NCBI GenBank assembly: GCA_001773725.1
Contig: MEXP01000009.1
Location: forward strand, 5,073-69,072
Source of the DNA: Candidatus Amesbacteria bacterium RIFCSPLOWO2_01_FULL_49_25
GTDB taxonomy: Bacteria; Patescibacteriota; Microgenomatia; CAZETR01; Amesbacteraceae
DNA length: 64,000 bases
Reading direction: 5' to 3'
Part shown: piece by piece, positions 1 through 10,376 of the stretch
How the letters are laid out: each line of letters opens with the position of its first letter
Numbering within the stretch: position 1 is the first letter of the stretch
Notes under the pieces: model-generated
What the model was told of the DNA's origin: nothing
What the model saw: the letters and a program-made list of their open reading frames with translations, nothing else
Databases searched by the model: none
Position numbers and translations under genes: made by a program

Positions 1-115
1 TGTGAGGGGTAAGAATCTCAGTCAGATTTTTGTTTAATTTGAAAAAATGTTTTACAAATGTGTTTTTATCAAGGTATTGAAGCGAGGATATAATTTTCTT
101 TTTAATCTGCTTCAT
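1..115 (-). CDS. N-terminal part of a protein of unknown function, running off the window edge (MKQIKKKIISSLQYLDKNTFVKHFF...)
   Basis: ATG at 115-113 overlaps the wzt stop (ATGA coupling). The frame is open to position 1. Not in the ORF track. Confidence 0.6.
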   Translation of the reverse strand, partial: MKQIKKKIISSLQYLDKNTFVKHFFKLNKNLTEILTPH

Positions 116-1323
116 TTAATCAGTTTACTGCCGATCAGAACCAGGGCCATATAATTGGGGAAAGATTTTACCCCGGGCTTTGCGGATCCGATGATATCAA
201 AAGAATAAGCATTTTGTACATAGTCGGAAAGTTGACCGTCTGTAAATAAGCCGACGTTGACCAGACAGGTAAGAGCCGGCAGGTTTATTTCGGATGTTTC
301 AAAAACCAGAGTATTGTCAGAAACTTGACCCGAAGACAGACTCTCGGACTCGACTCTAAAAAGAGCGTTTCCCAGAGTGTCAGAAAAAGCAATTTTGGCC
401 TGCAATGTGGAAAAAGGCTTGATCACTTGAAATCTCAGAGTAATGCGCAGCCGGTCAAATGATTTTATGAGATTGTTATTTTTTATGTCAGCAATGTTTA
501 AATAAACCAGGCGGATGGCGCCATTGCCGTCGCGATCCTTTCTTTGGGAGAGGGAGATTGAAGAAGAAGCTGAACTGGCTTTGAGATATGATTCTATTAC
601 CCGGGAAGGAGTATCGTCCATTTTGATTTCACCTTTTTCCATAAGAATGCATCTGTGACAAAGGTTTTTTATGGCGGTCATGTTGTGGGATACAAACAAT
701 ACGGTGCGACCTTTTTTGGACATTTCTCCCATTTTTCCCAGACTGCGTTTTTGAAACTCAGCATCCCCGACTGCTAAAACCTCGTCTACCAGTAATATTT
801 CCGGTTCCAAATGAGCGGCAACAGCAAAGGCCAAGCGGATGTACATGCCGCTGGAATAATGTTTCACGGGTGTATCCAGGAATTTTTCGATTCCGGAGAA
901 TTCGACTATTTGGGCAAATTTCCGCTTGACTTCCTTGTGGGATAAACCAAGAATATTTCCGCCTAAATAGATATTCTCTCTCCCGGTAAGTTCCATGTGG
1001 AATCCGGTGCCTACTTCCAACAAACTGCCGATACGGCCGCGAATGATAGCTGTGCCGGAGGTGGGAGGAGTAATGCGGCTTAAAACTTTGAGCAGTGTGC
1101 TTTTACCTGCTCCGTTGGCGCCGATAATACCTACAACTTCACTCGGAAATATTTTAAGCGATACGTCTTTTAAAGCCCAAAATTCGTCGCTGATTAACTT
1201 CCGGAATTTGACAAACGGATGCAAAATTTGGGATAGACTGTCTCGGAGAGTGTAATAATGCTGAACAGCTCCGAGGCGGTATTTTTTGGAAAGTTTTCGA
1301 ATTTCAATAATGGGTTGGGGCAT
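112..1323 (-). CDS. wzt: Polysaccharide ABC exporter ATP-binding subunit with C-terminal Wzt_C-like domain
   Basis: Walker A GANGAGKST, YSSGMYIRLAF signature, LLVDE Walker B, VSH switch, and a ~150 aa C-terminal extension. Start moved to the ATG at 1323 (MPQPIIEI). Confidence 0.93.
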   Translation of the reverse strand: MPQPIIEIRKLSKKYRLGAVQHYYTLRDSLSQILHPFVKFRKLISDEFWALKDVSLKIFPSEVVGIIGANGAGKSTLLKVLSRITPPTSGTAIIRGRIGSLLEVGTGFHMELTGRENIYLGGNILGLSHKEVKRKFAQIVEFSGIEKFLDTPVKHYSSGMYIRLAFAVAAHLEPEILLVDEVLAVGDAEFQKRSLGKMGEMSKKGRTVLFVSHNMTAIKNLCHRCILMEKGEIKMDDTPSRVIESYLKASSASSSISLSQRKDRDGNGAIRLVYLNIADIKNNNLIKSFDRLRITLRFQVIKPFSTLQAKIAFSDTLGNALFRVESESLSSGQVSDNTLVFETSEINLPALTCLVNVGLFTDGQLSDYVQNAYSFDIIGSAKPGVKSFPNYMALVLIGSKLIK

Positions 1324-1327
1324 ATGG

Positions 1328-2152
1328 TTAGACAATGTCAGCGAAAAACCGTTCGGTTTTTTTGAAATACCAGAGGCCGAATATAAGGCACGCGACTATA
1401 GATATGAGGGAGATTGATATTAAATTGGTGTCGATAAGCGGGTTGTCGCTAAATACCTGGCGGACTGATTCTATTACCATGGTCATCGGGTTTATAGCCA
1501 TGATGGCTCGTTTTTGGAGACCAACTATACTTAAGGGATAAATTACCGGAGTGAGAAACATGATAACTTGGATAAAAAACGGCAGGATGTATCTGACATC
1601 CCGATATCTAATGTTGAAAGCCGACAGAAAAAGTCCAATACCGCAAGCAGAGAGGGCGGTGACTATAACCGCTATGGGGATGATGACCAAGGTCCAAATT
1701 GACGGATAGTAACCCAAGATAACTGCGTAAATCATGAGAATAGAAAAATTGATAAGAAAGTCTATAAAGCTGACCACGATGGCCGATAGCGGCAGAATGA
1801 CTTTGGGAAAATAGACTTTTTTGATGATGCTTTCGTTGCCTACCAGGCTATCACTGGCGTGAGACAAGGAAGTCGAGAAAAAACCCCAAAAAACCAGGCC
1901 GCAAAGCACAAAAAGTGAGTAGGGAAGATTACCAGAAGGTATTTTGGCCAAGTTTCCAAAAAAAACCGTGAATACGACCATACTGGAGACGGGTTGAAGA
2001 ATAGCCCAGGCTACGCCCAGAACAGTTTGCTTGTAACGGACTTTGATGTCCCGCCAGGCAAATGTTAGAAACAGTTCCCGGTAGCGCCAGATTTCGGACA
2101 GGTTCAGAGCCAAACTAGACTCCGGTTTGATAATGACTGTGTAATTTTTCAT
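1328..2152 (-). CDS. wzm: Polysaccharide ABC exporter permease
   Basis: RDIKVRYKQTVLGVAWAILQP, IKKVYFP and RYRDV motifs. Start MKNYTV at 2152 overlaps the upstream stop. Confidence 0.93.
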   Translation of the reverse strand: MKNYTVIIKPESSLALNLSEIWRYRELFLTFAWRDIKVRYKQTVLGVAWAILQPVSSMVVFTVFFGNLAKIPSGNLPYSLFVLCGLVFWGFFSTSLSHASDSLVGNESIIKKVYFPKVILPLSAIVVSFIDFLINFSILMIYAVILGYYPSIWTLVIIPIAVIVTALSACGIGLFLSAFNIRYRDVRYILPFFIQVIMFLTPVIYPLSIVGLQKRAIMAINPMTMVIESVRQVFSDNPLIDTNLISISLISIVACLIFGLWYFKKTERFFADIV

Positions 2153-2757
2153 TTGGTTATCACGCGGGCCGGGTTTCCGGCTACAACTGCAGATGCAGGA
2201 ACATCGGAGGCGACTACACTTCTGGCGCCAACTACGGCGTTGTCCCCTATCGTCACTCCTTTGAGAATGATTGAGTGCATGCCGATAAAGACATTGCGGC
2301 CAATACTCACTGGTGAAACCGGCACATTTTGGGTCGAGTAGCGCCGATTGTGAGGATTTAATGGGTGAAAATCTGTGTCTATTATGACGCAATCGGCTCC
2401 AATCAACGTATTGCTACCTATTTCGATTCTTTGGGAGGCGACGATGGATCCCCCGCTGACGCCCACATTGTCACCGATAATTAACTGGGCTTCGGGGCGC
2501 CAGGTGCAAAAAATGGTAGGCCGGGAAACCCCTAACGGGTTGGACCAATGTAAGTTCCGGTTTTCAAAATTGTTTCCGATTTCTATAGAACTACTGCGAG
2601 CACGGAGAAACACCGGGGAACCGTAGAATTTAGGATTGGATCCAATTCGGACACGAATCAATGCCATAGTAAACCGGGTCCATATTGTCGATACAACGGA
2701 CGTGAGTTCTAAAACTGCTTTCCAGGGATAGTTATAGAGTTGGTCCTTTGGGTTCAT
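2149..2757 (-). CDS. Hexapeptide-repeat (left-handed beta helix) O-acetyltransferase
   Basis: IGDNVGV/IGSNTLIG/IGRNVFIG/IGDNAVVG repeats, DTDFH and VVAGNPAR. Confidence 0.88.
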   Translation of the reverse strand: MNPKDQLYNYPWKAVLELTSVVSTIWTRFTMALIRVRIGSNPKFYGSPVFLRARSSSIEIGNNFENRNLHWSNPLGVSRPTIFCTWRPEAQLIIGDNVGVSGGSIVASQRIEIGSNTLIGADCVIIDTDFHPLNPHNRRYSTQNVPVSPVSIGRNVFIGMHSIILKGVTIGDNAVVGARSVVASDVPASAVVAGNPARVITK

Positions 2758-4477
2758 AAAAATATAAATACCTGCCAAGGGGTTTGGCTTGGCATACGAG
2801 ACGGGTCTCTAAATCGGAGCCCGAGTCACAAGTCCGGTGGCTGGCGAACCACACTGGCTGATCGGCGGTGGCCAATTGACCCGGTTTGGGAAAGATGTAG
2901 CGACAATTGACGACCAGGACGCTCATTGGTTGTTCATCTCGGGTGTATAAAATCCCTTCATCGAGAATGTAAAGATCTTTTTCCCCGGATGTACCGCACC
3001 AGGCAATTATATCGCCATTTTGCTTGTGGCGGTCTTTTAACCAGTGGTAAATGTTGGTTTTGCCGATGGCATAGTAGACTTCCTGCGGAGAAAGATAGTT
3101 CCAAGGGGAGTAAGTGGTTTTGAGAGTGGTGAAGACCAAGAAGACGGCGAGGGCAATAATCGGTAATAAATACAACTTATACCGGACGGCCGGAAGGACC
3201 AGAATAATTATTAAGAGAGTCTGCAAGTGCAGGAAATAACGATCAAAAAAACCGGAGAAGTTTCTGGTAAGAAATAGCTCGATAAAGGCGCCGATTAAAA
3301 GGAATATGACGGTTTTATGAAGTTTTAATAAGAGGAGAGCGACAATGAAGAGAGCAACTACAACCGGATGGCCGTAGGTGAGGCTGGAAATAATCTTGAA
3401 GGAATTGGCGAATTTTATGGGAATTGTCCAGCTGCCAGTATAAACTCCTGAAATGTCATAACACTGGGCGAATTTGCAACCGAACAGGAAGGGGTAAATC
3501 GGATTACCGGTGTAGAGGAGATTTTTTACATACCAATAACCACCAAAGATTAATAAAAGCATCAAAAATTTTGCCAGATTGCGGATATGAAGGTATTTTT
3601 TTCCCTGATACAGGTACCAAGCGCTAAAAATGGTGGTGTAGGCAGTTAACCCCAAAAGGGCGGTATATTTGCCGCCGATACTTAAGCCCCAAAAAATTGA
3701 TCCAGCTAAAAACGAGGCGGGGTTGGCAAATATCATGACGTCGAGAAGGGTAATCACAGCCAGGGTAATAAGAATGGCCATGGAATAGTCGATATAACCT
3801 GATGTGGCGATGATAAGAAGATTTTGGTTTATAAACAGGTACATAAGAGCAAAGAGGGCAGATACGGTAAAACCGAAACGCAATTTGAGCCAGGCGTAAA
3901 TTGCCGTCACTCCGCTATAAAAAAGCAGGAAATGCAGAAGACGCGAGGGTGCATAGGTTTTGGTAAGGGCAAAGGGGAGAACCATCATGGTGTCGATTAA
4001 TTTGGGCAGGTTTTGGTAATAACCGGTGCCAAAATTCCAAACCAACTCGTGTTTGACATCATACGGAGACCAGAAATGATAGGCCATCTCATCGGTCAGA
4101 TATGGGGGAAGCGAGCTTTTGACAAACAAGGCTGGTGACAAAATGAAGAAAATAATTAGCGGGAGGCGATGGGATTTGGCAAATATCCACAATTCCTTCC
4201 ATCGCCGAAAATGAAGGTACGGGGGCAGAGCGATGTAGAGTAGAGGGAGCGTTGAAAACAAAATATAGTCTGCTCTAAACGGAATGAAGAAATGCAAGCC
4301 GAACCAAACGGCCACAAACAATCCCATGCCGTAAAGCCAAACTGCAGGGCGGAGAAAAGCTGGTGATTTGATATAGCGAGAGTCAAACCAAGTTCCTATT
4401 GCATCAAAGAAAAACAAGGTGGCGACCACAAAAAGGACTAAGGCTATGTTTAGGGGATGAAAATATTGGGAGAGCAT
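2732..4477 (-). CDS. Polytopic GT-C-like membrane glycosyltransferase (family A, KSSLPPY-DEM-YH)
   Basis: Many hydrophobic segments; LPPYLTDEMAYH acidic loop, GYID, GGKY and GGYWYVKN..TGNPIYP motifs. Paralog of 4506 and 6951. Confidence 0.7.
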   Translation of the reverse strand: MLSQYFHPLNIALVLFVVATLFFFDAIGTWFDSRYIKSPAFLRPAVWLYGMGLFVAVWFGLHFFIPFRADYILFSTLPLLYIALPPYLHFRRWKELWIFAKSHRLPLIIFFILSPALFVKSSLPPYLTDEMAYHFWSPYDVKHELVWNFGTGYYQNLPKLIDTMMVLPFALTKTYAPSRLLHFLLFYSGVTAIYAWLKLRFGFTVSALFALMYLFINQNLLIIATSGYIDYSMAILITLAVITLLDVMIFANPASFLAGSIFWGLSIGGKYTALLGLTAYTTIFSAWYLYQGKKYLHIRNLAKFLMLLLIFGGYWYVKNLLYTGNPIYPFLFGCKFAQCYDISGVYTGSWTIPIKFANSFKIISSLTYGHPVVVALFIVALLLLKLHKTVIFLLIGAFIELFLTRNFSGFFDRYFLHLQTLLIIILVLPAVRYKLYLLPIIALAVFLVFTTLKTTYSPWNYLSPQEVYYAIGKTNIYHWLKDRHKQNGDIIAWCGTSGEKDLYILDEGILYTRDEQPMSVLVVNCRYIFPKPGQLATADQPVWFASHRTCDSGSDLETRLVCQAKPLGRYLYFYEPKGPTL

Positions 4478-4505
4478 GACTTGCTACCTGGATAACAAAC
4501 CTATG

Positions 4506-6296
4506 TTAATTTTGAGCTTTGTAGACATACAGGCCAGGAACTACCGGTTGGGATTTGCAAACCAAATCGTTATTTTGGCGACGTAGGGACAAAATCTGTT
4601 CGTCTTCGAGTGAATGCTTTGAAGTGACTTCAGGAAGGCAGGGTGAAAGAGAGACCAAATAAGACTGACCGGTTTCGGCCAGGCCAGTAAACGAACAGTT
4701 GACAAGGAATATATCAAACCGCCCTTGGGAGTCAAACCAAATTAAGTCCGGATCCATATTTACCAAATATTGAGTTTGGGATTGGTTATTGCACCACTCA
4801 ACTATTTGATGCGTGAGAGGCAGGACTGCGGCAATCCAGCTGGCTACTGTTGACTGCCCCTGTGAAAATTGAATTTCTCTTTGGGAGTCGGGGTTAGTAA
4901 AATAAGCAAGAGTGTTTTTTGAGAAACGAAACAGCTGGAGACTAAGAATAAGCAGCAATGGAATGGTGAAGATTTTCCTGACAGGAAATAAAGACCCCAT
5001 AAGCAGTCCGAAAATAGTCGTTCCCAAAAATAACCAGTGGTAGTAATAACGGGGAATGAAAATGAAAATCCGACTGGAAACCAAGAAGTCTGCTAGCAGG
5101 ATTAGAGCCAGAACAAGAGCGAATCGAGTTTGGGAATGATGTCGGCCGCGCCAAAGTAAAATGATGCCCATAGTTGAAACAGAAATGAGTACAGCCAGAC
5201 GACGAAGGGAAAGCTGATGCCTCAGTGAAATCCAAAGAGAAGAAAAGGTCTCGCCGGTGCCCGCCCAGGCGGCTTTAAAACCTGTGAGAAAGTTTTGACA
5301 TTCCTGATTACTGCAGCCAAATAGAAAGAAAGGGTAAATCGGAGTTTGGTAGACAACTAAATTTTTTATATACCAATAACCTCCCATCAAGACAAGTAGA
5401 GTAAGGCCAAAAAAAAGGGACTTAAATAGCGTCTTGGATTTGGTTATCATAAGAGCAGTTAAGATGATCCCGAAAAAAATTGCGGTAGGGAGAAGGGCAT
5501 TGTATTTGGAACCTAGTGCCAATCCCCACAGAGCAAGGGAGATTGGAAGTAATGTGTGATCCTTTAAAATTGAGTAGATTCCAACCACGCTAGCCAGAGT
5601 AATAAAGGAGGCCGCCGCTACGTCCACATATCCCAGGGTAGCCTCGACCGGGATGGATAGTACATTGAGCAGGGAAATGGCAGTCAAGGCGATGGCTTTT
5701 GATGACCTAAGTGACAAAAGAGAATAAAGGCAAAGCTGGAAAGAGATAAAGATCAGGCTGTGGATAAGACGGGCGGGCATGTACGTTTTAAAAACCGCAA
5801 ACAACCCTATCCACGCTGTTTCTAATGTTCTGGGAAGATTGCCATAAAGCCCGCCAAAGACCCAATGTTGTTCATGATTTAAAACGTAAGGTGAAATATA
5901 ATGATAGGTCATTTCATCCCAGGCGTAAGGAGGAAGGGATGATTTGACAAAAATCAGAGGAGCCAATGGCAATATGATTAATAGAAATAGTTTGTGATTG
6001 TGAAAAAAGTTCAGGAAAGATGATATGCCTGATGATCTCAGGTAGATAGGAAGGAAGAGAAGTGCGATTAAAAAATTCCCAATTGGAATTAAAACTGATG
6101 TGAAGGGGTAAAAAAAATGGATGGAAAAGATGAGAAGGGAATAAATACCCAGCCCTAATAACCAGGTGACGGGTCTTATAAATGGGTGATTCTTGACCGA
6201 TGAAGAAAATAGCCCAAAGCCAATAATGTCCCAACTGACAAGGTATAAAGCAAGCAGAAGGTATTGATTGGGAGTAAGGATGGCAAAATAGTTCAT
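4506..6296 (-). CDS. Polytopic GT-C-like membrane glycosyltransferase (family A)
   Basis: LPPYAWDEMTYH, GYVD, GSKY and GGYWYIKN motifs. Start MNYFAIL at 6296 (ATGA coupling). Confidence 0.7.
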   Translation of the reverse strand: MNYFAILTPNQYLLLALYLVSWDIIGFGLFSSSVKNHPFIRPVTWLLGLGIYSLLIFSIHFFYPFTSVLIPIGNFLIALLFLPIYLRSSGISSFLNFFHNHKLFLLIILPLAPLIFVKSSLPPYAWDEMTYHYISPYVLNHEQHWVFGGLYGNLPRTLETAWIGLFAVFKTYMPARLIHSLIFISFQLCLYSLLSLRSSKAIALTAISLLNVLSIPVEATLGYVDVAAASFITLASVVGIYSILKDHTLLPISLALWGLALGSKYNALLPTAIFFGIILTALMITKSKTLFKSLFFGLTLLVLMGGYWYIKNLVVYQTPIYPFFLFGCSNQECQNFLTGFKAAWAGTGETFSSLWISLRHQLSLRRLAVLISVSTMGIILLWRGRHHSQTRFALVLALILLADFLVSSRIFIFIPRYYYHWLFLGTTIFGLLMGSLFPVRKIFTIPLLLILSLQLFRFSKNTLAYFTNPDSQREIQFSQGQSTVASWIAAVLPLTHQIVEWCNNQSQTQYLVNMDPDLIWFDSQGRFDIFLVNCSFTGLAETGQSYLVSLSPCLPEVTSKHSLEDEQILSLRRQNNDLVCKSQPVVPGLYVYKAQN

Positions 6297-7009
6297 TTCC
6301 TGCCGACAACGATAACAGATTGGCCGAAGGGTAAGGTGAACAACTCCTCGAGTCTGGACCACCAGGGAACAATTAATTGGTCGTATAGCGAGATTTGGGC
6401 TTTAACGAGACTATCGGACGGGGTTCTACCGAGAAATTTATTTAACCACCAGCCAAAAAACCCGGGGAGATTAAAATAAGAGGAGGAGACTATTTGTAAG
6501 CCGGCGGTAATAAGTTTTTGCTCCAGACCGGATTTGGAATAGCGACGGAAATGTCCGATTGACCTGTCCCAATTGCCCATTAGAAAATTGAAGGCGGGAA
6601 CAAAGACTATCAGTTTGCCGCCGGGTTTGAGAATTTTGGCAAGCTGGACAATTGCTTGGGAATCTTTTTGGATGTGTTCCAGAGTATTAATGGTCACGAT
6701 AGTGTTTACTCGGGGCAATTTGTGCAGGGCGGTGGGTGAAGATATATCCGCATTTACGACGAGGATATTTTTATGAGTGGCATATTTGCGGCGGAGGTAA
6801 GAAATGTATCGCCTATCATTATCACAGAGAACCAAATGACGGGATCCCGATTCAAGAAGAACGTCGGCAATCGTGCCCAGTCCGGATCCAGCTTCCATAA
6901 CCACTCCCGAAACGTGCGACTTAATGTGCCGCCAAATCCAATGGTTGTAGTTATCTGCTTTTTGGGTTGCTACCAAACCCGCTGTCAGGGGAGAAGTAGT
7001 TAAATTCAT
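6293..7009 (-). CDS. Class I SAM-dependent methyltransferase
   Basis: MEAGSGLG motif I, NTLEHI, LKPGG and GHFRRY. Confidence 0.85.
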   Translation of the reverse strand: MNLTTSPLTAGLVATQKADNYNHWIWRHIKSHVSGVVMEAGSGLGTIADVLLESGSRHLVLCDNDRRYISYLRRKYATHKNILVVNADISSPTALHKLPRVNTIVTINTLEHIQKDSQAIVQLAKILKPGGKLIVFVPAFNFLMGNWDRSIGHFRRYSKSGLEQKLITAGLQIVSSSYFNLPGFFGWWLNKFLGRTPSDSLVKAQISLYDQLIVPWWSRLEELFTLPFGQSVIVVGRK

Positions 7010-8888
7010 AAAGATAAGGGGGAGGCAGGGGGCGTGATTTACAGACAATAATATTGTTGATTCGTCTTAAGTGCAACTCGAGTTCCTCTTCGCGAGGATC
7101 CTTGAAGAGAACTTCTGACTCCGGGAGACAAGGATTGAGGCTAATTAACCTGAAATTGGCCCGAGACTTTACTAATGTAGGAATAACATCGGGTAAGGGG
7201 ATGTTGTCTGAAAAGTAATCGGAGCGCGGGTGGATTTGGCAATTGGTCATAAAGATGGCAGCTTTACCATCGTCTTGATACCAAATGACGTCGGGATCAA
7301 TTTTTACAAGTGGAAGGGATGAGCTGGCAGAATTTTTTTCGCACCACTGAATAATCGGCCACATCCGGTCAAATTTGCTTTGGATCCAGTCGTAGACACT
7401 GGCTTTTCCGAGGGCATAGTTTATTTCTTCCCGAGGGAGGACGTCTTGTCGGTAAGTCAATAACAAATGGTAGCGCATGCTGGAAACGAGAATAATGACA
7501 AGTGAGATGAGAAAACCTCCAGAGATTATCCGCCAGCCAGTCCATTTATAGGTGTTGGCCAGCTGAATGCTAATAAAGAGGAACAAGAGAAGTTGGAGAT
7601 GTTGATGGTAACGAATCATGAAACCGGAAAATCGTTTGAGCAATAGCAACTCAATTAAAAATGAAGCTACTAAAAAATTGGAGACCAACCTCGTTCTAGG
7701 ATTGTTATTGGCAAGCATAAGAATTAGTGCTACAGCCAAAATTAAGGACCAGCGGTTGAGTCCCACAAATAACTGAGAAAAAATTTCAGGAAAATTAGCC
7801 CAGGAAACTTGGGTTGTCCAGCTGCCAAAGAATTCCGATTTCACTTGGCACTGATCCTCAAACCTATAACAAGGAAAGAAAAAGGGGTATGTGGGGTTAC
7901 CTGTGTAAATCAAGTTCTTGAGATACCAATATCCACCAAAAACAAGGGCTATAATTAGCAAAAGCGGTGTTTTTTTTAGATACTTTAACGGTTGATAACC
8001 TGACCAATGACGAAGGAAAATAAGTGTTAGAGTAAGCGCAGCGGCCGCCGAGGCCGTGATGGCTGAATATTTGGTGCCAATTGCTAAACTCCAGAAAAGA
8101 GAGGACAGGAGTAGGTTGTCGAAATTGTGAGAAATTAATTGACGAAAGATAAACAGCACGGCTATGGTGATAAACGAGTAAGTTGGGACGTCAACCATCC
8201 CAAGTGTCGAGGTGAGGACTATCTGGTGGGGAACGCTTAAAAAAAGAAAGGGGAAGAAAAAAGCGGTATGAAGATTGAAATTACGTTTGAGAACCAGGAA
8301 GCCGAAGGATAAAGCAGTCAAAAGGACAGTAAAGTTGGTCAAGCGAGCAAACGAGTAGGTTCTAAAAAGTGAAAAGGATAGTGTGTAATAGGTTTCCATT
8401 AAACGGGGGAGGTTTTCATAAATTCCCGAACCAAAACTCCATCGGGATAGAGATTGCAGTTGGGCGGGAGAAATAAAATGGTAAACCATTTCGTCACCGT
8501 AATAAGGAGGAAGAGAAGCTTTGACAAAAACGGCGGGTAAGAAGGGGGCTATCAAAATGACGGGAATCAGTAACTGCTTTAGCAAATTTAAAATCTGCTT
8601 GGGCTGATTTGAGCTGAAATAACGAGGTAGGATGAAAGGCAAAATACCTAATGAGATTACTAAGATCTGAAATCGCTGGGGCGGGATAAAAAATCCCAAC
8701 ACGAACCACCAAAAAACATAAACTCCGAGTCCAATTAACCAATTAACTACCCTACCCTCATTCGGAAGTTTCTCGGGAAAAACCCTATTCCTAACTGAGG
8801 TGCCCAGACAGTCGAGATAAATAACAATTAAGACAAAGATGAAAATTGATACGGGAGAGAGGGGAAAATAATACTCAGAAAGCAACAT
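6951..8888 (-). CDS. Polytopic GT-C-like membrane glycosyltransferase (family A)
   Basis: LPPYYGDEMVYH, GMVD, GTKY and GGYWYLKN..TGNPTYP motifs. Confidence 0.7.
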   Translation of the reverse strand: MLLSEYYFPLSPVSIFIFVLIVIYLDCLGTSVRNRVFPEKLPNEGRVVNWLIGLGVYVFWWFVLGFFIPPQRFQILVISLGILPFILPRYFSSNQPKQILNLLKQLLIPVILIAPFLPAVFVKASLPPYYGDEMVYHFISPAQLQSLSRWSFGSGIYENLPRLMETYYTLSFSLFRTYSFARLTNFTVLLTALSFGFLVLKRNFNLHTAFFFPFLFLSVPHQIVLTSTLGMVDVPTYSFITIAVLFIFRQLISHNFDNLLLSSLFWSLAIGTKYSAITASAAAALTLTLIFLRHWSGYQPLKYLKKTPLLLIIALVFGGYWYLKNLIYTGNPTYPFFFPCYRFEDQCQVKSEFFGSWTTQVSWANFPEIFSQLFVGLNRWSLILAVALILMLANNNPRTRLVSNFLVASFLIELLLLKRFSGFMIRYHQHLQLLLFLFISIQLANTYKWTGWRIISGGFLISLVIILVSSMRYHLLLTYRQDVLPREEINYALGKASVYDWIQSKFDRMWPIIQWCEKNSASSSLPLVKIDPDVIWYQDDGKAAIFMTNCQIHPRSDYFSDNIPLPDVIPTLVKSRANFRLISLNPCLPESEVLFKDPREEELELHLRRINNIIVCKSRPLPPPYLYEFNYFSPDSGFGSNPKSR

Positions 8889-9558
8889 CGCTTATTAAGA
8901 GATGGGTAGGTAACAATCCAAAGATCTTGTAAATTTTAACGAATACGGGCCGGGTAAGTTTCATTTTGTGAATGTCTGTAACAGAGAGCGGGTTAAAATG
9001 GGCTTCTATTCCCCAAAACTGACGGTCTGTTGAGCGACAAATTAGCCGGAACCATGACAAGGGTAGCCAGTGGATAAAGAAAAATGATGTGTGAGGCTCG
9101 TAAATGCAGTAGCGATATGGGGTGGTAACAAAGATGTGTTTACCGACGCGAAGAAGTTCGTTGAGTAATTTTTCCTGCAAGGAATAGCCTCCCACGTGTT
9201 CGAGCGTGGCCCAGGACGTCGCGATCTCAAATTTAAATTTGGGAAACGGGAGGCGTGAGTGGGGAATAATTTTAACGATTTTTATTTCAGGGTATCTTTT
9301 TTTGAGACTCGAGCAATCTTCCACAGAAGCGGCCGTCAACCGGTGAGGATACGGGTAATGCCGCTCAAAAAAGTTCGTGTCGGGCAATTTTTCTAATGGT
9401 GAGAGGCCGACATCCAAAATTAAGTCTCGATTGGAAGGGTGGAATAGGCGAAGCATTACTCCTAACTGGTGAATTCTGACTTTGAGCGATAAGCGGCTGA
9501 GGAGTGATTTCTCAGGAGTAATGCGATTGTTGATGTTGATTGACCAATTAATAGACAT
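8875..9558 (-). CDS. Class I SAM-dependent methyltransferase
   Basis: ILDVG, LPF...FE, ATLEHVG and EPHT motifs. Confidence 0.78.
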   Translation of the reverse strand: MSINWSININNRITPEKSLLSRLSLKVRIHQLGVMLRLFHPSNRDLILDVGLSPLEKLPDTNFFERHYPYPHRLTAASVEDCSSLKKRYPEIKIVKIIPHSRLPFPKFKFEIATSWATLEHVGGYSLQEKLLNELLRVGKHIFVTTPYRYCIYEPHTSFFFIHWLPLSWFRLICRSTDRQFWGIEAHFNPLSVTDIHKMKLTRPVFVKIYKIFGLLPTHLLISDVAF

Positions 9559-10376
9559 TAAATGGACTTGACGAGAAATATTTTGGAATAAATGTCAAAC
9601 AGTAGTACGCCGAGTGTGATACCCAGCTCACGACGCATTGTGCTTGAAAGCAAGTCATAGTACTTCTTTTTATCTTGGTGAGCTTGACGGATTTGGACAA
9701 ATGTATTGCTGGATTGGGAATAGCTGTAATTGATCAGACGGCGGGGAAGTATGGCTAAATTTCCATATCTTGTGACTTCGAAAGTAAATTTCCAATCTTC
9801 ACAGAACTTGTATCTGACATCGAAACGCAAATTCCTGAGAAATGAAGCGTTGTATATGGTTTGCGAGACCTGGCAAAGATACACAAAAGATCTGGGAACA
9901 TTACCAGAGTTGAAATAGAAAAAGAGACCTAAGGAAGCTTCTTTCAGCACATTAAAAAGTAAAAGACGGATTTTGGAAAAGAACGACATACCCGGTTCAA
10001 AGACGAGGCGCATGAGAGTCATAACCGCCGCACAGTCCGGGTGGTGGAGCAAAAAGCCGAGGGCTGATGGCAAGAAATCGGGTTGCCAATAGTCGTCTGA
10101 GTCTAAAAAGGCTACAAAGGGGGTGGAGACGAACTTCAATCCGATATTTCGAGCGTTGGCCGGACCGCGACTGTGGGGTAGACGAATTATTTTGATTCGG
10201 TTGGGATGTGTTTTTGACTTGATCGAGAGAGGAATATCTGATCCGTCATCTATAATGACGATCCGAGATAACACTGGTTGTTTCAGAATCGACTCGACTG
10301 ACCGGACAAGCAAGGCCTGCCTATTTTTGGCCGGAATTATGACGGTGACTTGTGCCTCGGGAGGTGTATTTGGCAT
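9558..10376 (-). CDS. Glycosyltransferase family 2
   Basis: VIIPAKN, IDDGS, ARNIG, FLDSDD and ED motifs. Confidence 0.9.
   Translation of the reverse strand: MPNTPPEAQVTVIIPAKNRQALLVRSVESILKQPVLSRIVIIDDGSDIPLSIKSKTHPNRIKIIRLPHSRGPANARNIGLKFVSTPFVAFLDSDDYWQPDFLPSALGFLLHHPDCAAVMTLMRLVFEPGMSFFSKIRLLLFNVLKEASLGLFFYFNSGNVPRSFVYLCQVSQTIYNASFLRNLRFDVRYKFCEDWKFTFEVTRYGNLAILPRRLINYSYSQSSNTFVQIRQAHQDKKKYYDLLSSTMRRELGITLGVLLFDIYSKIFLVKSI

Noticed and set aside
2153-2392. 80-aa N-terminal extension of Wzm (similar extensions on 4506, 26770, 36320, 56311, 59190)
   Set aside because: These are out-of-frame overlaps with upstream genes. Coupled downstream ATGs fit better.
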